From NCBI RefSeq assembly GCF_009914755.1, contig NC_060925.1: 64,000 nt of DNA; one strand, given 5' to 3'. Positions within the stretch are counted from its first letter, which is position 1. Every line of letters starts with the position of its first letter. Below, piece after piece: positions 1 through 13,999 of the stretch. The translations under genes were made by a program, and so were the position numbers. Under the pieces are notes generated by a model. It was not told where the DNA came from and did no database searches. It saw only the letters and a list, made by a program, of their open reading frames with translations. The DNA comes from the human T2T-CHM13v2.0 reference genome, Homo sapiens.

Positions 1-1129
1 TGCTCCACCCTTTGAATAGGCAAAGGCTGCTTTATGCTGAGTTTGGCTTTCTGCTGGAGTGTTTTGCCCTTGATGTATTTTGCAAAGCAAGCTACCACAG
101 GTTGACTGGAAGCTGTAGTTGGGACAAATTGGGATGGGAGGAGCTTGTTCCTTTTATAGCAGCTAGCACTAAGAACCACAGAATTCTTGCAGAGGCCAGT
201 TGAGCAAACCGATCAGACATATGCAGTGATTACCCATATAAGCTGTTATGCTAGGAGCATTCACTAAAGCTCATGGCATATGTTTTGAGGGCTAAGACTG
301 TGATTTAAGTTTTGTTGATCCACCTAGGGAAGGGATAGAGGGAGTGGGCTAAGATAGGACTTTATCATTCTTGAGGGTCATGAACTTTTGCCGTATATTC
401 CCACAAGGGAATTTGTGGAATCTCCTGCTTGAATATTTTGAAGAATAGGATAGATAACCAACTCCCTATCAGGAAAGTTTAAAGCATAGTCCAAACTGAA
501 AAGCCAGGGACAGGCTTGCCAGGTAGCCTCACATGGATCTCCAAAAAGAACGATTTTGTGCCTGTTGATCTTATCAACTTATTGATTTATCAGGGGTTTC
601 CCAGGGCAATATAAGATGTGAAGGGGGAAAGAAGCCCACCTTTTTCCAAAGATTGAGTGTCTGTATTGTTCAGAGTACCCTAGACTCTTTTTATAATATT
701 AAATTAGATACATCTTTTGTAGTTAGACTTTTTATTAGATATCACCTAACTATGATAATGTTGATTTCTGACAATGAAAGCTTCTCTGCATGTCACAGAA
801 AGAAGTGATAGGGTATAGTTCCATATCCCAATATTACATAGCATTTCTTAGATACAGAGTTTTAGAGAGATTTTTGTGTGTGACTTTTCTCAGTCTTTCA
901 GGTATTTTCAAGGCTTGTGTTAAAGGAACATCAGCATTTTCAAGCCAGTTTAAGTGAATTACGGCATTTACAGATTGGAATATTTATAATTGGGATTGTG
1001 TTGAGAAATCTATGACAGCCGGTTGTCAAATGCTAAGGTGGAGTTTTCTATTTTAATGGTTCTCTTGATACTTGATGACTGCTGAATGGAGTGCAGTCCT
1101 TGTATATGTCGCATCACAATACAAGCAAG

Positions 1130-1360
1130 CCTGATGAGGGTGCTGCTCCGGAGGCTGACTGCCTGGACTTGAATCCCAGTTATGGCACATACTAGCTGCG
1201 TGACATAGAGTCAGTTACTTAGCTTTCCATGCCTTCGTTTCCTCATCTATAAAATGGAAATAATTAAAATATCTAACTTAGAAGGTTGTTATGGGGATTC
1301 AGTGTAAAGCCTTTGGGGGAGGACCTAGCATGTATTAAGAGACCAGTAATTATTATTATT
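1130..1360. mobile_element. MIR SINE fragment
   Basis: MIR core-like ttcctcatctataaaatggaaataat and tgaatcccag motifs; boundaries approximate. Confidence 0.7.
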
Positions 1361-1475
1361 GTTGTTGTTGTTGTTATTTTTATTATTTCTATGATAAATA
1401 TTTTTATCAATGGGTGACCAGAGCTCAGCCCAGTACGTTGAATGTCATTGCTGTATTTATTGTCTGAATGAATGA

Positions 1476-1836
<361 letters not shown>

Positions 1837-2000
1837 TGAATTTTTTATTTTTAAAAATTGTTATCAGAGTTTTTAAGATATTTCAGTGCTTTTCTATATT
1901 TGGAACCGGCTGTCTTGAGATTTCCTTTGGACTGTTTTCTTATTTTTTCCTAATACATAGTAGGCGCTGAAAACAGTAATTTTATAGATGAATAAATTCT

Positions 2001-2304
2001 TTTATTTATTTATTTTTTGAGACGGAGTCTCACACTGTCACCCAGACTAGAGTGTAATGGTGCAATCTTGGCTCATTGCAACCTCTGCCTCCCAAGTTCA
2101 AGCAATTCTCTTTCTTGCCTCAGCCTCCCGAGTAGCTGAGACTACAGGTGCGTGCCACCATGCCCAGCTAATTTTTGTATTTTTAGTAGAGATGGGGTTT
2201 CGCCATGTTGGCCAGGCTGGTCTTGAACTCCTGACCTCAAATGATCCACCCATCTCGGCCTCCCAAAGTGCTGGGATTACAGGCATGAGCCACCACACCC
2301 GGCC
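2001..2304 (-). mobile_element. AluS
   Basis: Dimeric Alu; TSD atgaataa(a/g)ttct. Confidence 0.9.
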
Positions 2305-2861
2305 ATGAATAAGTTCTATAGTACTTAGCATTATGTTTGAGCTGGATTCTTGGGCAATGGGCTAAAATAAAATACTGGAGAAGAGTCAGTAAAGTTTAGA
2401 ACATTACAGAATCCAAGAAAGTAATCTGAAATTTCCACTGTATCTGTAAAAGTGGCAGGTTCTCTAGAAGGAAATTTTGTGTCCCAGGTGTAAGCCAAAA
2501 AGTATCATGTGAAACTGTTGTAAGTATTCAGCTTCATAAATGGAAACCTAACATATATGTGACTGGACACCTGTGTATTTTAGTTGCTGTTAAATGGTAC
2601 ACACTGTGTGAAGAAACTAGGAATTAAGGGGATGTTGATCTTGCCTCTGAACCTTTTTAAGGCCTAAATGGGAATAAGGAGTAATAATACTTTGAGTACA
2701 ATTGCTGTTTTCATTACATTCCTAGAAGGTTCAATATCCTCTGGGTGATACAGTTATTTTCTCAGAGAAACTAAGTAACTGTGAAGGTTATTTATTTTTG
2801 TCAGACCAAGAGTTTTCTCTCTTCATGGTTAACTCATAAAAGTGGTTCTTGTTATTTGTAG

Positions 2862-2992
2862 GTATTGATGTCAAGAAAGGCCGAGGTCGATACATTGATA
2901 CCTGCATGGTCATCTTTGCCCCCCGTTACCTGTTAGATAATAAATCATCTCACAAGCTTGCATTTGCACAGAGGGAATTTGCCAGGGGACAG
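2862..2992 (+). CDS. VPS13D: VPS13D internal coding exon (1st in window): (G)IDVKKGRGRYIDTCMVIFAPRYLLDNKSSHKLAFAQREFARGQ
   Basis: tttgtag| acceptor, CAG|gtgagc donor; 131 nt, phase 1 to 0; VAB-repeat-type motif F.PRY.L.N.S. Confidence 0.95.
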
Positions 2993-3213
2993 GTGAGCAG
3001 TTTGCTTTTGAAGGATGAGAGTGCCTATTTAATAGCACGAGTTTTAATGTCATCTTCTGTGAAGACTGTACGTTCTGTGATGCAAGTAACTGCTCTGTGC
3101 CTTTGGTACCCAGATAGCTCCTGTTAGAGGGTAAGGCTCAGAGTAGGTACTCAGTAACACTTATTGTCATGAATCGACTTGTTGACTAAAGCCTGTGATC
3201 CTATGTGTTTTAG

Positions 3214-3389
3214 GGAACAGCCAATCCCGAAGGTTACATTTCCACCCTTCCTGGTTCCAGTGTGGTGTTCCACTGGCCTCGGAATGACTATGATCAGCTA
3301 TTGTGTGTCAGACTGATGGACGTTCCCAATTGTATTTGGTCTGGAGGCTTTGAAGTCAACAAGAATAATTCCTTCCATATCAACATGAG
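3214..3389 (+). CDS. VPS13D: VPS13D exon: GTANPEGYISTLPGSSVVFHWPRNDYDQLLCVRLMDVPNCIWSGGFEVNKNNSFHINM(R)
   Basis: gttttag| acceptor, GAG|gtaagt donor; 176 nt, phase 0 to 2; VPS13-family FHW...WSG.F motif; missed by ORF track. Confidence 0.95.
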
Positions 3390-3801
3390 GTAAGTTTGAG
3401 ACTCTAAATATAGACAAAAAGGTAGCCCCTGTTTGAGATGCAGTACTGTAATAACAAGCCTTGTGTAAAATGGGCACAAATATTTCTGGCTCAGACAGAG
3501 GTCTTAGAACTTGCAAAGTCCAGGGAAGTGTGAGGGGATAATTTGATGGAATAAACTAAAGGAGGTGTTGCCCGTTTTGACCATGGTGTAATTGCTGTTG
3601 TCTAATCCAAAGAGTAACACTGAGCTCATATTTTGATTACCTGCAACTTTGAAAGGTCTGTCTGCATTTAGATGGTAACGCTCATTATAAATATTTTTGT
3701 ATATTCTGACATATTTATACAAAACCTTCTTTCATTTGATGCTGTTCTAGTAAATCATCTGGCTTTCTACACCTAATGTGGTAACACTCAGTTCTTGTTA
3801 A

Positions 3802-4124
<323 letters not shown>

Positions 4125-4194
4125 GCCTTAATTAGCCCAGGATGATTTAAACTTTCTTCTTGCTTTCATCAAATACTTTAAAAAAATTATTTAA

Positions 4195-5560
4195 AAATAT
4201 TTTAAATTGTGGTAAAACAGATATCAAATTTACTATCTTAACCATTTTTAAGTATACAGTTAACTGGTGTAAGTACATTTACATTATTATGGAAATAATC
4301 CCCCAAACTCTTTTCATCTTGCAAAACTGAAACTCTGTACCCGTTAAACTTAACTCCTCATTCCCATTCCCCTTAGTCCCTGGCCACCATGTTCTACTTG
4401 GTGTCTATAAATTTGACTACTCTAGGTACCTCATGTGAGTTTAATCATACGGTATTTGTCTTTTTGTGACTGGCTTATTTCACTTAGCATAATATTGTCA
4501 ATGTCCATATTAACATTTTTGTTTATTCACCTATTAATGAACACTTGGGTTGCTTCCACCTTTGGCTATCATGAACTGCTGCGAACATAGGTTCGCATAT
4601 GGGTTCAAGACCCTGCTTTCAGTTATTTTGGGTATAGATCCAGGTGTGGAATTGTTGGATCACATGATCATTCTGGTTTTAATTTTTTGAGGAACCACCA
4701 TAGGTTTCTGCAGTCATTGCACCATTTTACTTTCCTGACACCAGTGCACAGGATTCCACTTTCTCCACAACCTCACCAACACTTGTTTTCTTTGTTTTTG
4801 ACACAAGCCTTAAGTGATAGTCCCGCCTCTGTATAATGGGTATGAGGTGGTATCGCACTGTGGTTTAGATTCTTATTTCCTTAATGATTAGTGATGTTGA
4901 GCATCTTTTCATGTGCTTTTTGGCCATTTGTATATCTTCATTGGAAAAAATATCTGTTCAATTCCTTTGCCAATTTTTGAATTAGGTTGTTTTTGAATTG
5001 TAGGAATTCCTATTCTAAGCGTTTTATAGTTTTAGCTCTTACTTCTAGGTCTTTGATTTGTTTTGGGTTAATGTTTGTGTATGGCATAAGGTGAGGGTCC
5101 AGCTTCATTTTTTGGTATGTGGATATTTGGTTTTCTCAGCACTGTTTATTGAAAAGACTCTCCTTTCCCATTAAATGATCTTGGTACTGTTGTTGAAAAT
5201 CATTTGACCCTACAGGTGGAAGTTTATTTCTGGGCACTCTAATCTATTTCATTGGTCTATATGTCTTTATGCCAGTACCACCCTGTTTTGATTATAGTTG
5301 CTTTGTATTAAATTTTGGAATAAGGAAATGTGAGACCTCCAACTTTGTTGTTCTTTTTCAAGGTTGTTTTCTCTATTCAGAGTTCCTTAGATCCATATGA
5401 ATTTCAAGATGGATTTTTCTGTTTCTGCAAAAAATGCTATTGGGATGTTGATAGGGATTGCATTAAGTCCATAGGGTTTTGTAGTATTGACATCTTAAAA
5501 ATTATGTTTTCCAGTCCCTGAACATGGGAAGTCTTTTCAGTTGTGTCTTTAGTTTCTTTC
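4195..5560 (-). mobile_element. Old L1 (L1M-type) 3' end
   Basis: Antisense L1 3'UTR/ORF2-end motifs (tggcttatttcacttagcataat, gatgttgagcatcttttcatgtgc). Confidence 0.8.
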
Positions 5561-5564
5561 ATCA

Positions 5565-5861
5565 GGCCGGGCATGGTGGCTCACGCCTGTAATCCCAGCA
5601 CTTTCGGAGGCCTAGGTGGGCGGATCACGAGGTCAGGAGTTCCAGACCAGTCTGACCAACATGGTGAAACCCCATGTCTACTGAAAATACAAAAATTAGC
5701 CAGGCATGGTGGTGTGCACCTGTAATCCCAGCTACTCAGGAGGCTGAGGCAGGAGAATCACTTGAACCCAGGAGGCGGAGGTTGCAGTGACCCGAGATCG
5801 TGCCGTTGCACTCTAGCCTGGGTGACAGAGTGAGACTCTGTCTCAAAAAAAAAAAAAAAAA
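5565..5861 (+). mobile_element. AluS (Sg-like)
   Basis: Full dimer with A tail; flanking repeat ttctttcatca. Confidence 0.9.
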
Positions 5862-6042
5862 TTCTTTCATCAAATGCTTTTGAAGTTAAAGAATCTGAAA
5901 TCAGTGCTATTTCAACATGTTTAGAAGCAAAATTTAATCTTTTATACTTTATGGTCAGCTCTCTATTGAGAACACTATTACAAAGGAACAGAAGTATGAT
6001 AATTTAACAATAGATATTCCAAAATAGTTCTTAAAATAGTGG

Positions 6043-6368
<326 letters not shown>

Positions 6369-6829
6369 TGACTTTTAAATGTATTATCTAATTCAATAGT
6401 GAGCCCTTCTTAATTATACTTTGCCCTTGTCTTTTTTAGTGTGAATTGGATCTGGATATAGTGGGTTTTAGGCTATGTTTTTAGGAGCTGTTGGGTTTTA
6501 AGGAGGTGACTCTAGTGCCCAAGGGAGCCTATTGGGTAGGGCTCTAGCACTCTCATCCCTACCTCAACCAGCACTTTTGTCTGTTAGCATAATGTGTTCC
6601 CCGTAAGATTTTATCTGGGTGAAGGAGTGGGGAGGGAAAAGGGATTCTATAGCGAAAACCACCATTGTTTTGTATATTCCCTGGGTAGAGGCAGCCCCTA
6701 TCTGTTGTGTGAGAATTGGAAGCCAGTTTGGAGGAGGAGGAGGATGATTTGTGTAATTTTTGTTAATCCTTTTAAAATGGTTTTAACGGGCAGTCCTAAA
6801 CTACTGCGAACAGACCTATGCCATCTATT

Positions 6830-7690
6830 TCATTTACTTTCCTCACCTTTTCATTTGGAAACAATTTAAACTATAGGAAAGTTACAAAAGTAGTAAATGA
6901 ATATCCCTATATCTTGTACCTAGATTTAACCAGTTTTCAGCATCTTGCTACATGTTGCTTCTCTCTTCACATACATGAACACACATTTTCCTTTCTGAAC
7001 TATTTGAAAGTAAATTAAAGTCATCATGATACTTAAGCCATAAAAACCTCACTTATCACCCAAAAATAGGGACATTTTTCTAATTAAATATAATACTATT
7101 GTCACATACTGATGAAATTTAACCTTGATATGTTTTCTAATAAATAGTTTTCATAGACTGAATGAATGACTAGAATGTCCTTCATAGCAACTCCCTTCCC
7201 ATTGATCTAGGATCCAGTCAAGGATCATTTATTTTAGTTGCCACGTGTATTCTCTTGTCTTCTTTAATCTAGAGTAGTCCCGCTTTGCCCATTTTGTCTT
7301 TAGTGACATTGACATTTTTGAAGACTCCAAGCAAGTTTCTTGTAGAATGTCCTATTTTCTGCATTTGGGCAGTGATTTCCTGTCTGTAGATTTGGGTCAA
7401 ATATTTTCGATAGCTATACTTTCTATGTGATGCTGTGTGTTTCCCACCATGTCACATCAGGATGCCTGTGATGTCTGTTGGTCTCATTATTGTTGGTGAT
7501 AAGTTGTTCTTCACCTGGTTAAGGTGGTATCCAGCAGGCCTCTTTTTTGTGAAGTTTCCTTTGTTCTTTGTAAATAAGAATAATCCCATTGAGGGAATAA
7601 TTTAAGACAAAGTGAATATTCTGTTTCCCAAAAACCTTTCATTCAATGGTTTAATGGTTCTTGAATCACTTATTACATTGGTGGTTGCGA
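6830..7690 (-). mobile_element. Old L1 (L1MC/ME-type) 3'UTR fragment
   Basis: Resembles antisense old L1 3' end; highly diverged, boundaries approximate. Confidence 0.5.
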
Positions 7691-7695
7691 TGAAA

Positions 7696-7696
7696 T

Positions 7697-7727
<31 letters not shown>

Positions 7728-8047
7728 TTTTTGGAAACAGAGTCTCGCTCAGTCGCCCAGGCTGGAGTGCAGTGGCACAATCTCGGCTCCCTGGAGTGCA
7801 GTGGCGCGATCTCGGAGCTTCTCGGGAAGCTCCGCCTCCCAGGTTCACACCATTCTCCTGCTTCAGCCTCCTGAGTAGCTGGGACTACAGCTGCCTGCCA
7901 CTAAGCCTGGCTAATATTTTTGTATTTTTAGTAGAGACGCAGTTTCGCTGTGTTAGCCAGGATGGTCTCGATCTCCTGACCACGTGATCCACCCATCTCA
8001 GCCTCCCGAAGTGCTGGGATTACAGGCGTGAGCCACCACACCCGGCT
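7696..8047 (-). mobile_element. AluY-like with internal rearrangement
   Basis: Y-type motifs aagctccgcctcc, gtgttagccaggatggtctcgatctc; (ttta)n tail. Confidence 0.85.
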
Positions 8048-8074
8048 GCAATGCAGATTTTTAAAAAATTAATT

Positions 8075-8211
8075 ATTTTATTTTTATTTTTAATTGAGAT
8101 GAGGTCTCACCACGTTGCCCAGGCTGGTCTCGAACTCCTGGGCTAAAGTGATCCTCCCACCTTGGCCTCCCAAAGTGCTGGGATTATAGGTGTGAGCCAC
8201 CATGCCCAGCC
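8075..8211 (-). mobile_element. Alu left monomer (FLAM/AluJ-like)
   Basis: Single monomer ending ...catgcccagcc. Confidence 0.8.
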
Positions 8212-8608
8212 AGAAATGCTGATTTTTAATTCTCTAATTTCCTCTACATTTATTCACTGATATTTTTCCGTTAAGGTAAACTTTCCATTCCCTTCAGCGA
8301 TTTTTCTGTATATATACACACACACATACATACATACACGTACATTACATCCATCCATCCTCTTCTTTACAGCAGAATATCAGCGTATAAATGTTGAGGA
8401 AATGGGAGAATTAGAAAATCACCATTTTGTAATCATATTACCAATTTCTACTTTTTTCAGATGATGGAGGAACACACAGTGGGCTGTAAGTTCAGTGGTA
8501 TTGACTGAGGCCCAAACAGTGTTGTGATTGTCAGAAATATGAGAAGTAAGTGGATGGCATCTTGTCTCCTACATTTTATGTAGCCTCTTTTGTTTCCTTG
8601 TCCTGCAG

Positions 8609-8732
8609 GGATACCTTGGGAAAATGCTTCTTCCTACGAGTGGAAATTACTCTCCGAGGAGCTACGTATAGGATCTCATTTAGTGACACAGATCAGTTAC
8701 CTCCTCCTTTCCGAATTGACAACTTTTCTAAG
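8609..8732 (+). CDS. VPS13D: VPS13D exon: (R)DTLGKCFFLRVEITLRGATYRISFSDTDQLPPPFRIDNFSK
   Basis: tccttgtcctgcag| acceptor, AAG|gtatca donor; 124 nt, phase 2 to 0; PPFRIDN.S VAB-repeat motif. Confidence 0.95.
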
Positions 8733-9355
8733 GTATCAAGTGGAGCTGAGAGCCAGTTTGACTGTTTCATGTGTGGGAGGGTGGAGTGTGTACTGCCCTT
8801 GACACAATGGTACAATACATTTTCAACTTGGGTTTAAAGGAAACTATATGGATAGGTTCTTTATATCTGGACAAGCCTAGAAATCCTTACCATTAAGAGG
8901 TGTTTTCTGCTGGTTATTTTGATTGCTAGGCAGCCTTGTCCAGGCAGAAGTAATCTTTTAGCTCCCAGATTTATTTATTTTGGCTAGAGTGGTTGGTTGA
9001 CACTGTGCCTTCTGTAGACATCCCGTTCAAACAGAGGAAGACATCGGCTTGTCAGTGACAATGGGAATGGGCAATTCTGCTGTTGCTTAGTTACAGTGAG
9101 CATTTTAATAAATTTTTCAAGAAAGTCAATATGGAAATCATTAGATTTTATTTTAATTATGCTTTCAAATAATAATAGGTCTTATATGTGATGATCTGTA
9201 GCCAAATTCCAAAATACTTATTTTTTTCTGTATTCAAAATATATCATAGGGGGTTTGGGCTAGAAAGATGCCATTGGAAGGATGGAATTGCTCCCCTTAG
9301 ATATTTGACTTGGCAAAGCGTTTAAAGCCTTTCATTCAATAGGATATATGTATAT

Positions 9356-9395
9356 ATGTGTGTGTGTATCTGTGTGTGTGTGTGTGTGTGTGTGT
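9356..9395. repeat. (TG)n microsatellite, interrupted
   Basis: Directly visible. Confidence 0.95.
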
Positions 9396-9607
9396 AGCAC
9401 ATGTCTTTTAATTGGTGAGTTTTTTTGGAATGTGCAAGATGATTAGAAACATTCGAAAGGTGAGATGATGAATTTCACTGGGGCTTATTTCCTGTGTAAG
9501 ATTCATTTAGGAAGGATTTGGAACTTAAACCTACAAAGCACTGACTCACTTTTCAGTAACCCCACTCTGAATGAAAGTCCTCTTTGTCCTCTCTGCCATC
9601 ACTCTAG

Positions 9608-9843
9608 GTCCCGGTTGTCTTTACTCAGCATGGCGTAGCTGAACCCAGGCTCCGGACTGAAGTGAAGCCCATGACTTCATTGGATTATGCCTGGGACGAA
9701 CCCACCTTGCCACCTTTTATCACTCTGACTGTTAAAGGGGCAGGGTCCTCTGAGATCAACTGCAACATGAATGATTTCCAGGATAATCGGCAGCTTTATT
9801 ATGAAAATTTCATTTACATTGCTGCTACATATACATTCTCTGG
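9608..9843 (+). CDS. VPS13D: VPS13D exon: VPVVFTQHGVAEPRLRTEVKPMTSLDYAWDEPTLPP...YIAATYTFS(G)
   Basis: actctag| acceptor, TGG|gtaatt donor; 236 nt, phase 0 to 2; YAWDEP motif typical of VPS13 proteins. Confidence 0.95.
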
Positions 9844-11531
9844 GTAATTCTTGATTAAATTACTGTTCCTATAAAGCAGAAGGTTCTAATTATTAACAGG
9901 TTTTAAATGTTAAGCAGTTTCTTAGGAGACCAAAGTACAAAGGAAGATTCTTTCATTCTTTACCAAACCCTGGGCTCAGTGTCTATCTTAAGAGGTCATG
10001 TAATTTAAACTCTTGACTTTTGGCTAGATTAAAATTTATCCAAAGAGTCAAGACCCTTCTTGTGTTAAAGATCTCTCCCAAGAATTCATTCTAGTATTTA
10101 AATTTTCTTTTTGCTATTTATTAGTCTGTTTTGCCTGTTTCCTCTTTTGAAACTGACTAATCTTCATCATAATTATTCAAGTCATCATTCTGACTCTCCT
10201 CCCACCATCCCATTGAGAATACTGGTTAAGCAGACACCTAAGGGTCTGTCTTAATATTCACCTAAAGCCAAATATAGTAGCTTAATTTCACAGAAATTCC
10301 ATTGCCTTAGAATTATAATCTTCACTGTTGTTTGACTAGTTGTATTTAGAAAAGTCAGATGAAGAATATTGAGCTTATTTTAATTCTGTTAGATTGCCAC
10401 GCAGAGATTCAAAACACTGGGCTTTCAGAAAGTAGTCATTCTACCAACATATAAATATAGCTTATTGTTTCTGTGCTGAAATAACAGGGCCAATTTTAAA
10501 GTGTATCTGTGAAGAAATGGAAAATAGCTTAATCTTTAACATTACAAATATAAATCACCTGATGAATAGGGCGTTTAAAGTCACATTCCTTTCCAAAATG
10601 TTCGGAACATTTTTGCATATGAATAAGATTTTTATACATGCCTGGGGCCCAGAAAATAATCTCTGGGTTTTTGCATTATCTCTCTCATCTGCTTAGAGTC
10701 CAGATTTCACTAGTAATAATTGAATCTGCAGAGAAGGACCATTCTTTCTTTGTCTGTTGACGTTCCCTTTGGGAACGATGGTGCTAGGATGTTTATCTTG
10801 TTGTAATTGAGTCAATATGTTTGTTTGTTGTTAATTTGTTTTTAAAGATTATGGCACTTAACAGTGGGACATGCTTAAGGTTTAATGCCTGAAAAACCGA
10901 ATCTAAATCTGGTTGTTAGTCATGTTTTTCTCCTTATGTTCTATAAATTCCAGTAGTTACTAAGCTCTTTAACTGAAGAATCCTAGTGGAGGATTATGGG
11001 CTTAATGGGTTGAACCTATATGGAAGACATAAAAAGAGAAGCTCCTGGAATCTTGGTGTGCAGAATCTAACAGCAGAATTAGAATAATCTTGCTGTGCTA
11101 AGAGGTTGAACCATCTTTTGGAGTATATCAGATACTAATTATTTGCATTCTTGGAAGGAATAAATGATGAGGAAGAATAGTTTTTTTTTAATTTTGTTTT
11201 TGAGGTGAAACATAACATAAAAGTATTTTAAAGTGAACAGTTCAGTGGCATTTGGTACATTCATAATGTTGTGCCACCACCACCTCTTCGTAGTTCAGAG
11301 CATTTTTATCACCCCGAAAAGAAACCAAAACCTATTGAGCAGTCACTCCCCATTCCTCCCTGTCTCCAGCCGCAGGAAACCACCCATCTGCTTTTGGTCT
11401 CTATGGGTTGACCTATTCTGGACATTCACAGAAATGGAATCATAGGAGTGATCTTTTTTGTCTGGATTCTTTCACTTAGCATAATGTATCTGCGGTTTAT
11501 ACACATTGTAGCATGTGGCAATGCTTCATTC

Positions 11532-11954
<423 letters not shown>

Positions 11955-12181
11955 TAAACAGTGTTGCTATGAACATGCCTGTACATATATTTGTTTGAGT
12001 ACTTGTTTTCAATTCTTTTGCTTTATACAGAAGAGTGGAGTTGCTGGGTTCTATTATAATTCTAAGTTTAACTTTTTGAGGAACCGCCATACTGTTTTCC
12101 ACAGTGGCTAAACGATTGTACATTCCTACCAACAGTGTAGAGAGGTTCCAATTTCTCCACATCCTCACCAACATGTGTTGG

Positions 12182-12503
12182 TTTTTGTTTTTGTTTTTAT
12201 TTTTATTTCTATTTTTGAGACAAGGTCTCTGTCACCCAGGCTGGAGTGCAGTGGCACAATCTTGGCCTGCTGCATCCTCAACCTCCTAGGATCAAACGGT
12301 CCTCCTGCTTCAGCCTCTCTCATAGCTGGGACTACAGGTATGCAGCACCACGCCCAGCTAATTGAAAAAAAATTTTTTTTTGGTAGAGACAGGGTCTCAC
12401 TATTTTGCCCAGGCTGGTCTCAAACTCTTGGGCCCAAATGCTATCTACCTGCCACAGCCTCCCAAAGTGCTGGGATTACAGGTGTGAGTCACTGTGCCAG
12501 GCC
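12182..12503 (-). mobile_element. AluJ
   Basis: Diverged dimer nested in L1. Confidence 0.85.
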
Positions 12504-13236
12504 TGGTTTTGTTTTGTTTTGTTTTGTTTTAAATGATACCCATCCTACTGGGTATGATGTGGTATCTCATTGTGGCTTTTGATTTGCATCCTTAGTAACT
12601 AATGATGTTATGCGTCTTTTCATGTGCTTATTAGTCATTTGTGTATATTATTTGGAGAAAGTGTATTCAAATACTTTCCATATTTCAAATGGAATTATTT
12701 ACCTTTTTATTGTTGAATTGTCAGAGTTCTTCATATCTGGTCTCTTACCAGATGTATGATTTGCAATTTTTTTCTCCCATTATTTTTGTGAGTTTTCTTT
12801 TTACTTTTAGATTGTGTCCTTTCAAGCACAGAAGTTTCTCATTTTGGTCACATATAATTTATCTGCTTTGGGGGGAACAAAGATTACTTGTGCTTTTGGT
12901 GTCATGAAGACTAGTTTTTAACGCTGAATTAATCCATTACCTTTTTTTTTTTTTTTTTTTGCTAATAAGGGTTAATAGAAAGAGGAGAATAATCTAAATA
13001 AAACTTCCAAACATCCCTAAGTGTAGCCAGGCTGCAACATTCCATAAAGCTTAGGATTCTTTAGCTTCAGAGAAACGTAACACGATTGAATTGGAGGAAG
13101 TTGATTGGAACCCTTTGTTTTCTTTTCATCCTAAAGGGACTTCTGATTTCTTGCCAAGACTTGGGGATGCAGTGATGCTGATCATCTGCCTGGCAGAGTA
13201 AAGCTAATTTTTGGTCCCTTGAATTGTCTGGCTTGG

Positions 13237-13561
13237 TTTTTTTTTTTTTTTTTTTTTTTTTTTGCTTTTTTTGGGGGTTGGGGCAGAATCTCATTCTGTC
13301 ACCCAGGCTAGAGTGTAGTGGTGCAGTCTCAGCTCACTGCAACCTCTGCCTCTCAGGTTCAAGCAATTCTCATACCTCTGCCTCGTGAGTAACTGGGATT
13401 ACAGGGGCCTGCCTCCATGCCCGGCTAATTTTTGTGTTTTTAATAGAGACGGGATTTTGCCGTGTTGGTCAGGCTGGTTTCGAACTCCTGGCTTCAGCAG
13501 ATCCACCTGCCTTGGCCTCCCAAAGTGCTGGGATTACAGGCAGGAGCCACCGTGCCTGGCC
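13237..13561 (-). mobile_element. Alu (old S or J)
   Basis: Dimer with long T tract. Confidence 0.85.
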
Positions 13562-13890
13562 AAATTTTTTGCCTTTTTTTTTGGTGGGGGGGCCTCTAAA
13601 GATATATGGTTATACTTTTGCATCTGAATTTTAAGTCACTAAAATTATGAAGAGAAGAAAAATGTCAGAGTATGTCTTCTGAGAGATGAATCTTGGAACT
13701 GTGTAGGGAAAAAAATGCAACCCTGATCTTTCTGCTCTTGCATCAGACTTTTTCTTCTATCCTTTAAAAAATTTTCTTTTTAATAAAAGTTTTGGGCATT
13801 TGCTTATTAATACTTGAATACATGTGTGAGTATGTGTGTGTATACCTGTATATATATTTTTATGTAATATATATATTTTTTAAATTCTAG

Positions 13891-13999
13891 CTTGCAGGAG
13901 GGAACAGGCAGGCCTGTGGCTTCCAACAAGGCCATTACCTGTGCGGAGCTCGTTTTGGATGTCTCACCCAAGACACAAAGAGTCATTTTAAAAAAGAAG
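13891..13999 (+). CDS. VPS13D: VPS13D exon: (G)LQEGTGRPVASNKAITCAELVLDVSPKTQRVILKKK
   Basis: ttctag| acceptor, AAG|gtaaga donor; 109 nt, phase 2 to 0; only this AG keeps frame. Confidence 0.92.

Noticed and set aside
10595-10613. Palindrome AAAATGTTC-G-GAACATTTT
   Set aside because: About one 9-bp inverted repeat with a short spacer is expected by chance in 64 kb; spacing fits neither STAT nor HSF motifs.
13891-13900. Alternative acceptors 7 and 10 nt into the exon (similar case at 25407)
   Set aside because: Out of frame and common by chance.
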